A stretch of 64,000 nt of DNA from Dipteris shenzhenensis (lineage: Eukaryota). Both the position numbers and the translations under genes were made by a program. Of the stretch, positions 22,437-34,997 are shown one piece after another (position 1 is the stretch's first letter; each line of letters opens with the position of its first letter). A model generated the notes under the pieces. That model was not told where the DNA came from and did no database searches. It was given only the letters and a program-made list of their open reading frames with translations. The stretch lies in the NCBI GenBank assembly GCA_047967505.1, contig CM106538.1; one strand, 5' to 3'.

Positions 22437-25032
22437 TGTTGGAGAAGTGAAAGGAAAGCATGAAGCTAAACACAAAATGAGAGAATGCATTAGAATGAAG
22501 AAGGGTGAGGTCCATATGTAGGCACCTCTACACGAGCCACCAAGCTCCACAATCATCTCCTCAATCAGCTCCTAGAATCTCTCAATCATCCTATGTGGCA
22601 TCTACCACCACCTAACAGTGCTTATGGGCACCTAATTGTGCCTCTAGCACACACACATAGAACCTAAGGTGTGCCTGGGGCATACACCTTGAGATATCCC
22701 ATCAAACCCCCCCTCAAGGGAATGCCTCAGGCTATGTCAAGGATACATCTAGTCTCATAGTTTCTCATGCCATCTCATGGTGCTATGGCTAGGATCTCAT
22801 GCTAGCAAGGGTTCCCAAGGGTGTGAAGTAAACAAAGGGATACATAAGACCTTCCAATGGTTATCTCCCCTGCATGTACATGCACACAATGTCTGCAGGA
22901 GGTACCATGGAGTAAAACACATACACATGGCCTACATCATATGGTGACCAGAGGTGTTTACAAAGAACACAATAGTTTATTCCATTCATTTTGGAGGACT
23001 ATCCAGGTAGAGTGCCTTGACTCAACATAAAAGAGAGATTTGGAGCATATATGGAGATTGTTCAAAAAGCATAATCATCATAGGAGGCCTCATCTTGTGG
23101 AGGCACATCAATTGGCAGTTTCTGGTTTTGTAGTTGCTTCCTTTTTGGCTTTACAAAACTTTTCATGGTGATTGTTTTTGCCACAATATTTGCAAGGATT
23201 GATCTTGAAGCAATCTTTTGAGAGGTGATTAGTCTTCCCACAATGTTTGCAAGGTTGAAACTTGCCCATTTGAGTTTTTATGGCATAGGCTGTGTCATTG
23301 CCTCTCCGGAGTTCCTTGTGCCTTTCTTCTTCTTGAAGAGCAGTAATAAGACCTTCAAGAGTAGGATTAGGAAGATTTTTCAATGTGGTAACAACATGAT
23401 CATAATCTTCAAGCATACTTTTGAGCAATACTGCCATTGCATCATCTGTAGTGATTGGAGAGTTGATAGAAGCAAGTTGAGTCATGAGACTCCGCATGTG
23501 ATTGACATGAGCAGCCAAGGGAGTGCCACTAGTCATCTTCAATTCAAAGAAAGCAATCTTAAGTGACAATTTTGAGATGTGAGAGCTAGCACCAAAAATA
23601 ATATCAAGCTTCTGCCAAGCTTCAGAAGGAGACTCCAAATCAGAAATGTGATGAATATAGTCATCTCCTAAGCCAAGAGCAATAATGCCATAGGCTTTCT
23701 CCTCTCTAGCATGATCTCGTGTCGGGCGTGTAGGAGCTAAGGATTCTCTAGCATTAGAGGCTGTTGAAGAAGAAGTTAAAGCAGGTTTGACAAGCCCCCA
23801 GAGGTTTTTCCTCATCAATGAAAACTTAACTTTCATCTGCCATGTGTGAAAGCCTTTACCATTGAACTTATCAATATTCAAGAAGGTAGCCATGAGAGGG
23901 TCTAACCCAAAATGGGCAGTGTCTACTCTCTTACAAGGCTAGAAAGAGTTGAAAAGCTTCAAAGTACAAGCATTTAGTGTAGCAAAGACTTGTAACCAAA
24001 TTCCATACTAAAAATCATAATGGAAATGATACTTCAACTTGTATGCTTCATAGAGGTGGCTAAATGAAAGTATTCCAAGCAAATCCAGGTATAGCAACCT
24101 AACGGAAAGTTGTAGCCACAATTATACTGATGCTATTCAACACTTTAAAACATTCGAAATACCAAAGTAGCATCTAATGTAGCACCAAACTCACAACATT
24201 GTCAAAAATGTCCAAAACAGAGGCCTGATCTTGGAGGGCTTCTATCTCACTCTTCATAGCAAAGAAAAGAGAGCTTTCTAGGTAGAAATAAAGCTGGTAT
24301 ACCAGAGAAGAGCCACTGAAGAAGAAAGGCGAAATGCCGCGTCACGTCGCCATAGCCAGGAGCTTGTTCGTCTGTTTCTCCCTCCCTGGTGGACCATTTC
24401 ACTTCAAATCTGGACAGGGGCTAGCTCATGCTGTTGTGCAAGCGTGGCTCAGAGGAATTTTGAAATGGTTGCTCTAGCAAGTCGTATTGCATGAAATAGC
24501 GTCAGGAAGAAGGCGGCTGTTGCGCAGGTCTATGGGCACCATTGCCTAATTGCTCTGACGTGGAAGGTCGCCCATATGAAGGGTCTCTCCAGCCAGAAGG
24601 ACTCTGGGAATGGTTGCTTGTAGGTAGAGAACTCAGCCCTCCAAGTGGTTGGGTAGAAAGGGGCAAAATGGAGAGGAAGGTGAAGAAGAAGAAGAAGAAG
24701 AAGAAGATGATGATGATGACATGGCATAAATGGGCTCAAGGAGGATCATAGTGCTCTGATACCATGTTGGAGAAGTGAAAGGAAAGCATGAAGCTGAACA
24801 CGAAATGAGAGAATGCATTAGAATGAAGAAGGGTGAGGTCCATATGTAGGCACCTCTACATGAGCCACCAAACTCCACAATCATCTCCTCAATCAGCTCC
24901 TAGAATCTCTCAATCATCCTATGTGGCATCTACCACAACCTAACAGTGCTTATGGGCACCTAACTGTGCCTCTAGCACACACACATAGAACCTAAGGTGT
25001 GCCTGGGGCATACACCTTGAGATATCCCATCA
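22437..25032 (-). mobile_element. Gag-only LTR retroelement 2 (TR-GAG-like), 2596 bp, structurally intact
   Basis: 268-bp LTRs at 22437-22704 and 24765-25032 (6 mismatches by eye); TSD GAGAT; PBS rc tggtatcagagc 24753-24764; PPT next to 22705. Confidence 0.95.
23108..23893 (-). CDS. Copia-type Gag, 261 aa, two CX2CX4HX4C knuckles
   Basis: Open ORF homologous to 8167..9033; knuckles CKHCGKTNHLSKDC and CKYCGKNNHHEKFC. Confidence 0.9.
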   Translation of the reverse strand: MATFLNIDKFNGKGFHTWQMKVKFSLMRKNLWGLVKPALTSSSTASNARESLAPTRPTRDHAREEKAYGIIALGLGDDYIHHISDLESPSEAWQKLDIIFGASSHISKLSLKIAFFELKMTSGTPLAAHVNHMRSLMTQLASINSPITTDDAMAVLLKSMLEDYDHVVTTLKNLPNPTLEGLITALQEEERHKELRRGNDTAYAIKTQMGKFQPCKHCGKTNHLSKDCFKINPCKYCGKNNHHEKFCKAKKEATTKPETAN

Positions 25033-28000
25033 GAGATGGCACTATCAGCCCCAATCCTTTCTTTTTGGCTCTTGAGCTTTTCATGCATTGCATGTTGTAA
25101 CCCGTATTCCCGTATGGAGCTTGCTCTAACGGTTTTCTTTAATACTTAATAGAAGTCTCTTTTTTGAAAAAAAAAAAAGGGGGGGACGACCTCAATTTGC
25201 AGAACAGAAACTGGATCCCATGATCTGATGCACTATTAATATCTATACTCCTCCGTGCATATGGGTTCATTCGTGATTGCAGCAACAAAAATGCAAGAGG
25301 AGCAGGTAGTTGGAATGCAATGGGTCAACAGAGTTTTCATGAAGAGAATGCCACCCTAATGCAATAAACAAATGTTGCCTCCCTGACGACTTAAGCTCAC
25401 ATTACAGGTTTCTACAATAAATGACAACTCTAATTTGCCCACTTGGCTCTCAAATTTTGTATGAATAATTAAATCTGAATTGTTGGAAATATTGGCATAT
25501 TAAGGCGCTGCCAATGTAATAATTAATTAGAAGGGTAGGGGCACTTTTTTCCTTATCTAAGGTTTTAATAGTTAGCGGTTGAGTTTGGGGGGGTGGCTTT
25601 TAACCCTAGTTTAGGTTGTCCTAAGGTCCTATCATCTTGACAAGCCTTGTATTTCATTCTCGTAACATTGACTCTCGTTTTCTCCACTGCCAATCCTCCC
25701 ACCATGTTTCACATTTGGTATCAGCTCCAGGTTTCCCTAGCACCCCATGGATCTCCCTGCTCCATTCCAGCACCTCCCAAGCTCCATTTCAAGTTAGGGG
25801 GCACAATTTTGTTGCAAGAAATACTATTGTACGTTTGTTTTGGATCAGTCGCTTGCTGTGCAGCTGCTGTACAACCTTTCTCTGTTCAGCTACCACCTCC
25901 ACAGGGCCAGTTGCCTCACCAGTGGGATTGTTATTGCAGGAAGAATAGATAAGAAAGAACATGTATGTTGCTGTGCATGATGGGGATCAAGCCTTGTTAA
26001 AGGCAAAAAAAAACTTCATTTGGTGGCATTAGTTGAGGACTGATTCAGCTCAGCCATCGAAGAAAATTTCAAATCGCTGAAGGTTTGAAAAAAGCCAGCC
26101 TGTTTCCAGAGAAACCAGCTCATTGCCTAGGGAATCTCCAAAAAATGGGCTAATAGCTAGGGTGGGGGACTGTACAACAAGTGACTACCTCTCGCAGTAA
26201 TGACATAGAAGATATGTGCAGGCCGAGCGTTGCAGAAACACTTGGCGGTGACGGTCTCTCTACAACCTGGAGTCCAGTGGTCCCATATGGCACGATAATA
26301 TCCTGCCAAATGGCAACCAAGGTGGCCGTAGGCAGAACCCAATGTTCTCCCATCACATTTGTTCCAAGCAGTGATGTTGGACAGGGTTTCCCATACGCTT
26401 TCCTTTGGAGAAGGCGGAGGGCGTACGGGAGGAGGGTCGCCTCAATGCCGAGAACACGCTGGCCCTTAATCCTGTAAGCTGGAGAGCATAGGTCGATGGA
26501 GAAGGCATGACTCCCTTTGTCAGGCATGCAACCATCCCCCAAGTGGTCTCACTGCATCCTTTGTATGCTGGCCACGATGCGGAGGGCTCCCATCTGAATC
26601 CTCTACGCTACTGGCAGCCCCAAAGACAAAGCGGAATCGTCTCTTGATCTCTGTCCATGCAACAATGGCATCTACCATCTACTTGCATCTGCTCTAGCCA
26701 CGAGCCACTAGGCAAGCCTCCATGTGCCACCATCCAAAAGGCATAGGAAATCTTCCGAGGCCCGTGGCTGGTCTGCAGTTGTGACAAAAAGCGTGAAACG
26801 ATCTCCAAGGGAACCTTTTGCTCCAACCAAGGCCACTCCCTAGATGGGGACGAGGCTGCCGCCTCTAGGTGTAGACACCACCCAATCTGAGTTGCATGGG
26901 GGGAAAAGGGCACCTCCTCTACCCCGTCCGACTACCGTATCCAAATTGGCCAAAACCACCCCCTTGGATTTCATTGTATCTCTATGAGAGGCTGGCCCTT
27001 CCATAACCAAAGGCACCATCTCACCCCATCTTGCCTCGTCGAGACTGGGATTGGATTTCAAGCCTCGTGCTCTCATAATGGTCTATGACCCGCTAGGATG
27101 TTGGATCCTGCTCTCTGAGGAACTCTATAGATGCTAAATCCTGTCTCAACGTGCTCTCTCAATCCTGCATAGTGTGCCGCCCGCCATCGTAGAGCTTGGG
27201 ACTAAAGCTTCTCACTGTTCCTTTAGATCAAATCTGCCACCCATGTAGCACATCCTTTCTCGGGAGAACTGTCATGTGCACGGATTGGTATCTGACGTGT
27301 ACTAGGTACACAGAACTAGCTCAGGTTAGCCTGGGGAGGCTTAGAGCTAGGCAGGCTTGATTCTCGGGTTGAGTGGCAAGGGTACGGACCAGTTAGAGGT
27401 CTTCGCTATTTTTGGCGCTTGGGGCCCGAGTCTATATAAGGGGCCCAGAGGTTCAGTTCTCAGTGAGCCGATGGGAGCAAGTTTCGTTCCTAGGTGCTAG
27501 GTCTGATCCTGGATTGAGTCGCGGACGCGTGCCTGCATCTTAGCGTAGCCCAAGGCCCAGTGGCAGATCCAGGGCTTCACAGCGCCACCTGGTGGTATGG
27601 GACACCAGGCTGGTTTGGATCTGATTGGGAGTTCGTGCCAGTAGCTCAGCTCGTGGCTTGGAGGGGACATCTTCTGATTCGGGATCACATCCCGTAGATG
27701 TCATGGTTGGGTGGTGAGCAGCCTGCTCAGATCTGATGTTGTGTGTGGTTGTTTTGCAGATCAGGGGTTTCAGGAGTGCTAGGATGTGTCAGTTGGTATC
27801 AGAGCCGGCTCCTGAGGTAGGAACTTCTGATGCGAGAACTTTTGACGAGTTTTTCCTCCAGGTATGCCCTAAATTTCGAAATTTTGTTGCTGCGTTTTTG
27901 CTGGATACCTGGGATAGGAGGGGTGGAGAGATATCTGGGAAAAGGAAGAAGAAAAGGAGAGAGAAAAATCGAGATCCCTGAAGGCCTGTGAGAGAAGGCT

Positions 28001-28577
28001 GTAGGAAGGGGAGAGAGAGCAGAAAGGTAGGAGAGAGAGGCGAAAAAGCTGAAAGGGAGGTGTAGAGGTGACGCCCAGGGCAGTACGGAATCAGGCGGGG
28101 GCAAGGAGAGGCTCGTAGGGCAGCGAACAGGCTGAGTACAGCCTGCGCAGAGGGTGTTTTTTTCGAAAAAGCACCCCCTCTAAAGCTAGGGGAGCTTGGC
28201 CTTTTTTGGAAGTAGTGCTTCCAAATAAGGCTGCCCTGCTCCCTATATAGATGGGGGCAGGGTACCAGCCTACCCACAAGCCTAGCCTAGAGCCTCGAAG
28301 CAGCTCCTTGAATTGCGAGCCAGCCTGTGCCAGCCTGCGTCAGCCGTACTTGCCTGCGCCAGCTCTACTTCTGCACCGTACAGCCTGCAGCGTCCGTACA
28401 CTGCCAGCGTCAGCCTGCGACAGCCATCATAGGCTCTGCATCAGCACCGTACGGAACTGTACGGAATACCCTGCGCCAGCCTACGCCGCAGTCAGCGCCA
28501 GCTGTACAGATCCCGCTGCAGCGAGCCCTGCGTCAGCACTCCCTGCACCAAAAAAGTACCCGCAGACTGTACGGACG

Positions 28578-28682
28578 CCGTACAGTCCACGTCAGCGACC
28601 GTACAGTCCACGTCAGCGACTGTACAGTCCACGTCAGTGGCCGTACAGTCCACGTCAGCAGACCGTACAGCCACTTCAGCAG
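28578..28682 (+). repeat. 21-bp tandem repeat (ccgtacagtccacgtcagcga, ~5 copies) in the Gypsy 5' leader
   Basis: Direct reading. Confidence 0.9.
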
Positions 28683-28861
28683 CGCGTGTATCCGGTTGCG
28701 GGTTCGGAAAGGTCTCGGGATTCGTGGGCTTCTGATTCGCCAGGTTCCAGCATCTCCTTCTGTCAGCATCCTTCGGGACGGTTTTCTTCTGCTCCATTCT
28801 CCTCTGTGCTTCGTTTCAGTCAATTATTTCTCTCAGTTTGTATTCAAATTAGATTTCAGCC

Positions 28862-31800
28862 ATGTCTGATGCTCCAAATCCCAAGTTCACCATGGGAGAG
28901 CAGGACTTGGATTACACTCCTGTGGGAGAGGAGGATTAGGGTCTCTATGACGACCTGATAACCAAAAAGGCCTTCAGTGAATTTACGACTGCTCTAGATG
29001 GAAAATTTGAGCAGGTCAATGCAAATCAATCGGGGTTGACACAGCAACTCCAGGGGATTCAAGCAACTCTTACCCTTCTGGCTAGCACTGTACAGGCACT
29101 CACGCATGTGGATGCCATGGCTTCAGTGCTAGGCCCGAATATAACTCCAGATCCTTTTCCGGGTGACCAAAAGTCAAGAACAAAGGAGGTAGTTGACACT
29201 TGGTTACACAAGTGGCAGGTACACTTCCAATTCCACCCCTATCCAGATGAGAAAAAGATCCAGCTTGCAGCAGGGTTTATGTCAGGTAAAGCCTTGCTAT
29301 GGTGGAAAGAACTCCAGCCTAAGCCTGATACTTGGACAGATTTTGAGGGCATCTTCAGGAAGGAGTTCCTGAAGAAGGAGGATGACTACGATATCGTTGG
29401 CAAGCTCAAGGCCCTTGATATGTCAAAATTAAACTTGACCTTTGAAGTTTATCTTCAAAGATTTCGGGATCTGCAAACCAGGGCCACTAAAATGGATCCA
29501 GTGACCTTGTTAGGTTTCTTCGTGGATGGTTTGCCAGACTCCTACAAGTTGTAAATAAAGAACAACAAGTGCACAACGTTGCAGGAGGCCATGACATATG
29601 CATGCATATATGATGATACCATGGCCGGTACCAAGGCAACCACAGTTACCGATACGAGTGGAAAGAACAAACGCAAGTTCTTTCAGCATACGATTGGTAT
29701 TGCGGAGATGAAGTCTACGGACAACGCCTCCAGGAAAAGCTTAACTCCAGCAAAGAATGGTAAAGCCCGTTTCCTTCGCACTCTGAGGCTCAAGAAAGAA
29801 GGACGATGCTTCTATTGCGAGGAGCGGGGCCACACAAAGAATGAGTGTCCTAAGCGGAAGAACCAAAAGTTGGTGCTAGGACCGAAGCTCCAGGCGGGTC
29901 CACGCATCGCAGCCAAGGGAGCAAACCAAGTCGCGATGACAGGTATTTCAGTAAATGTCATTACCTGCCCACTCTCTTGTAATTGTACTTTCAATACTTC
30001 GTTGTTTGGTTCCCATGATCTTTTCTGAGTTTATGGAGAAGTTAGGGACCAATAGGTTCACATTCTCTTTGATCCGGGCAGCTCTCACAATTTTGTTAAT
30101 TACAAATTTGTGCAGAAGATGGAGCTGTCCACAGTACCTAGCGACCACACCTATGAGGTGCAGCTTCCAGCTGGGAAGCAGTTTTGGGATCGCAAGGTTG
30201 AAGCGCTTCCTATCCGGATTCAGGCCTACACGGGAGCTCTTATATGTTATGTTATGCATCTGGAGCATGTAGACTTGTTGATCGGGATAGAGTGGTTTAA
30301 AACCCACAATATTCAGATCGGATGGAAGGAGCATACGCTTTCTTTTGTAGATACGGACACCCAATTTTGTATTCAGTGTGATCAAATTCCCCCTTCTCAG
30401 GGGCCTATTGTATCTGCGATTCAGCTTCGGAATATATTAAATAATTCTCATTATGATGTCTATCAATGTGTTTTGATTCCACTTTCTTCATTTGTTGTTT
30501 CGGTAATTAACAAGAATGAATTAAGTGTGTTTGAACACCGTGAATTGAGAATGTTGTTAGATAATTTTAAGGACGTATTCCCAGCTCAATTGCCGGAAGG
30601 TTTACCTCCAGAACGGGCAGTAGATCATCGCATAGACTTAGTCCCAGGGGCTCAACCTATCAGTGTATCACCTTATAGGATGAGCCAGGTAGAGGAGGAT
30701 GAGTTAGCTATCCAGCTTCAGGATTACCTGAATATGGGCAATATCCGCCCGAGTAAATCACCTTGGGGTGCACCTGTCCTCTTAAGAAAGAAGAAAGATT
30801 CTTCCTGGAGAATGTGTATAGATTATAAACGATTAAATAAAGTCACAATTAAGAACCGCTATCCTTTACCTCGTTCCGATGATTTGATAGACCGTTTGGC
30901 CGGAGCGAAGTATTTCACTAAGATTGATTTGCGTACGGGTTATCATCAAATCCGTATCTATGCTAAACACATAGATAGGACCGCATTCTGGACTAGGTAT
31001 GGTCATTACGAGTTCCTCGTATTACCTTTTGGTTTGACCAATGCTCCTGCTACTTTTCAGCAGATGATGAACGATTTGTTCAGGGATTTTCTGGGCAAAT
31101 TTGTTGTAGTGTTCTTAGATGATATCTTGGTATATAGTAAATCGCTTGAGGATCACATAGGACACCTCCGGGTTGTTTTAGTTGTTCTAAGACAGCATAA
31201 GCTTTATGCCAAGATGAGTAAATGTGACTTCTTTATGAAGGAGATCATTTACTTAGGACACAAGATTTCTTCTGAAGGTATTAGCATTGATTTGGATCGT
31301 ATCCAGAAGGTTTTAGAATGGCCTATCCCTCAGACTGTGAAACAACTTCGTTCTTTCCTAGGATTTATGGTATTTCTTCGGAAGTCAGTGCGTGATTATT
31401 CACATATCACGGCACCCTTGACCAACATATTGAAAGGTCGTGAACGCAGGTCTACCCAGCCAATCTCTTGGAATGATGCCATGAACAAGGCTTTTGAAAC
31501 CTTGAAGTTTTCTATCAAGGAAGCACCTGTTCTTGCATTACCCGATCCTACCCGGCCTTATGTTTTAGAGGCCGATGCGAGTGATTATGCGATTGGGGCA
31601 GCTCTATTCCAAGAGGGCAGGCCTGTAGCTTTCGAGAGTAAGAAGCTAGACGACACTCAGTATCGTTGGCCCACACTCGAGAAGGAGCTTTATGCTGTAG
31701 TGTATGCTCTTAAGGTTTGGAGACACTACTTGTATGGTTCAAATTTCCTTGTATTGACTGATCATCAGTCAATTAAGTATGTGTGTGATGGCTCAGAATT

Positions 31801-33427
31801 GAGAGGAAGGAAAGCTAGATGGGCAGAATTAATGCAGGATTTTGATTTCGAAATACGTTATCGTAAGGGTTCGTTGAATAGTGTGGCGGATGCCTTAAGT
31901 CGAGTTAAGTTTGTAAATGCTTTGTCATTTACGGAAATATCCTCAGACCTATTTCAATCCTTGAGAGGGCTATACGCAACTGATAGTCATTTCAGTTCTT
32001 ATTGGCAGAGAGTCCAGGATGGGAGCTCCATGGTTGACCAGGACTCAGGGATTGTGCCACCTAGGATACAGGCGGCGGGAGGTCAGTGGATGATTAGGAA
32101 CGGCTTGCTGTTCCGGAATGAAAAGATTTGTGTGCCTGATGTTCTGGACCTTAAATCCAAGATTCTTTGGGAGTGTCATGATGCTCCTAGTGCGGGACAT
32201 CCAGGTATACATAGGACTCTGTCTCTTGTGAAGCATACCTTTTATTGGCCTAAGATGCGTGCATTTATAGAGAACTATGTAGTAGGTTGCCGGGTTTGTC
32301 AGGTTACTAAGGCTGAACGCCTTAGAAGCGCGGGCTTATTACAGCCTTTACAGATTCCAGGTAATAAATGGGAAAGTATTTCCATGGATTTTATTACTGG
32401 TTTGCCTCGAACGCGCAAGGGTCATGACTCTATTTGGGTCATAGTCGACCGTTTGACAAAAATGGCAAGATTCTTACCTACAAGAACAACTATTTCAGCT
32501 GTTCAGTTGGCTCACGAGTTTGTGGACCACTTGTTCAAGCTGTATGGTTTGCCATCTGACATAGTCAGTGACAGGGACTCAAAGTTTACAAGTAACTTTT
32601 GGACACTTGTTTTTGAGAAGTTGGAAACTACTGTAAGTATGAGTTCCTCGGATCATGCACAATCCGATGGCAGTACAGAGAAGGTCAACCAGTTGGTTGA
32701 AGACATGCTTCGGGCATATGTATCTAAGAGACAGTCTTCATGGGAAGATTATCTACCTATGATTGAATTTGCTTACAACAGTGCAAAGCATTCTAGTACA
32801 GGTTACAGTCCTTTTATGCTTATGTACGGGTTTCAACCTAAGTCACCAGTTATGGTTGGATTAAAAGGGATTCAAAATGATGCTGCTAAGAATTTCTTGC
32901 TAGATATGCAGGAAATGTTGCAGTTTGCCAAGGAGTCTATTAGGAGTGCCCAAGATCGGGACAGATTTTATGCTAATAGACATCGTTCACCCAGAGAGTT
33001 CTCTGAAGGAACGATGGTATATTTGAGAATTCCTAAGGAATCCAAGAGCCTAAGTACTGGTTTGGTTCTGAAATTATCCCCCAGATACTGTGGCCCATTC
33101 AAGGTCATTAAACGAATTGGACCAGTTGCATATTGACTAGAATTGCCTTTTGATGTTAAAGTACATCCAGTCTTTCATGTCAGTAGACTGAAAGAAGTCT
33201 TGGGTGCAGATGATCAACTTGTTTCTCCTCATGAGATTATAGAAGTTACAGATTTAACTTTTATTCCTCACGAACCTGAATGTATTCTTGAATTTCGCGA
33301 AAGACAGATCCGTAATCGTACTATCACGGAATACAAGATCAAGTGGAAGGATCGTGTTGAGGAGGATGCAACATGGGAGACATTACAAAACCTCCAAAGA
33401 ACATTTCCAGATTTCTTAGCGAACTGA
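28862..33427 (+). pseudogene. Single-frame gag-pol (Gag, CCHC, protease, RT, RNaseH, integrase, chromodomain) with five premature stops
   Basis: ORFs 29036, 29579, 30110 and 33143 share the frame of ATG 28862. Motifs: CFYCEERGHTKNEC, LFDPGSSHNF, FLDDILVYS, HHCC, GPF, chromodomain YKIKWK...DATWE. Confidence 0.93.
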
Positions 33428-34997
33428 GGAGTGAGTTCTTAGAGGAGGGGGAGTATGTCATGTGCACGGATTGGTATCTGACGTGTACTAGGTACACAGA
33501 ACTAGCTCAGGTTAGCCTGGGGAGGCTTAGAGCTAGGTAGGCTTGATTCTCAGGTTGAGTGGCAAGGGTACGGACCAGTTAGAGGTCTTCGCTATTTTTG
33601 GCGCTTGGGGCCCGAGTCTATATAAAGGGCCCAGAGGTTCAGTTCTCAGTGAGCCGATGGGAGCAAGTTTTGTTCCTAGGTGCTAGGTCTGATCCTGGAT
33701 TGAGTCGCGGATGCGCGCCTGCATCTTAGCGTAGCCCAAGGCCCAGTGGCAGATCCAGGGCTTCACAGCGCCACCTGGTGGTATGGGACACCAGGCTGGT
33801 TTGGATCTGATTGGGAGTTCGTGCTAGTAGCTGAGCTCGTGGCTCGGAGGGGACATCTTCTGATTCAGGATCACATCCCGTAGATGTCATGGTTGGGTGG
33901 TGAGCAGCCTGCTCAGATCTGATGTTGTGTGTGGTTGTTTTGCAGATCAGGGGTTTCAGGAGTGCTGGGATGTGTCAAGAACTCTCTGGCTGTTGCTATA
34001 TCTCATGCACTGCATGCTGCACCTCCTCCTCTTGGAATAAGGCATAAGGTATACCAAACCCTTTCTAGGAAAGTCTACAACGGGGCTGCTCTAAGTGAAG
34101 TATGACGGGGGGAGCGATTTGACATCATCGTACCTGCCAAAATACCATTGGCCTCTCCTCCGTGCAATGCCCAATCTCGCACATAAAATCTATCAAGAGG
34201 CTCTAGCAAGCCATCCAGCCTCCACTCCCGAAGGAGAAAAGAAGGCTACTAGGAAGTCTGGAGAACTCTTCCTCTCTCCACGGGGCCCAACCACTGATTG
34301 CGAAAATGAACTTCTCTCACGTGCTCCTCTCTACAAGCATCTCTGAAAAGGAAGCTCCTCCTTGCTTGTCCTCCACGATTTCTAGGTTGTTGTAGTCACC
34401 TCCAACAACCGCACGAGTCAATGTCTGAGAGGCTCTAAGCCAGATGCCTTGAGAAAGCAAGGTGCTGCTATCGACAAGTAGGGTGTACACATTAGGTTCC
34501 CAATCCTAGAATCCCCCATCTGTGGATCCATCCAAACAGCCCGACCTATGATGAGCTCGCCTTGGTCAAACGCATCTATGGCTGCTGCTTGAGAAACTAA
34601 AATACAGCCCCCACTCCTGTCTATTGTGGGGGACCACACCTCGAGCCCCCTCCTCGGGCCCTCTGGAACTCCCAACAAAGTATCTTCTCCAATGGTTGTT
34701 GATGCACACAATCATGAAGACCATGCACGTTCCAACTCATGGTAGACCAGCTCATGGGAGGAGGGGGGGTGTTGAGCAAGGCCTCCTATGAGTGGGATCC
34801 TAAACAAAATCTTTGATGTCCAGTGATTTCGAAGCTTGGAGGGGAAGTAGTCCTCGTCCATACGATGGCACATCAGAGGCATGACAGCCTCAATACCTAC
34901 CTTCAAGGCCCAGTGCAACATGAAGGAAGCCTCTTCCCCTAATCAGCTATTACACTTCTGAGGTGGCCGATTAGCAATCTGTGTGAGCTAAAGTTTC

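Larger units (their letters stand above)
22374..25178 (+). mobile_element. Short LINE family A 3' fragment (22374-22436 plus 25038-25178) split by gag-only element 2
   Basis: Matches the copy at 48283-48478 across the insertion; poly-A at 25167-25178. Confidence 0.8.
27270..33977 (+). mobile_element. Full-length Ty3/Gypsy chromovirus-type LTR retrotransposon
   Basis: 522-bp LTRs at 27270-27791 and 33456-33977 (~11 mismatches); TSD AGAAC; PBS tggtatcagagcc from 27794; PPT agaggagggggagta. Confidence 0.97.
26150..34975 (-). mobile_element. Degenerate L1-like LINE of a second family (EN N-terminus plus zf-RVT C-terminus, RT missing), split by the Gypsy
   Basis: MSWNVHGL (~34730), GELIIGRAVW and VVGGDYN right of the Gypsy; ISYAFWMVAHGGLPSG...CHCC...LCLWGC left of it. 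Ends approximate. Confidence 0.7.

Noticed and set aside
28251-28958. 235-aa and overlapping ORFs upstream of the Gypsy gag
   Set aside because: They run through the GC-rich 21-bp repeat leader; no recognisable domain
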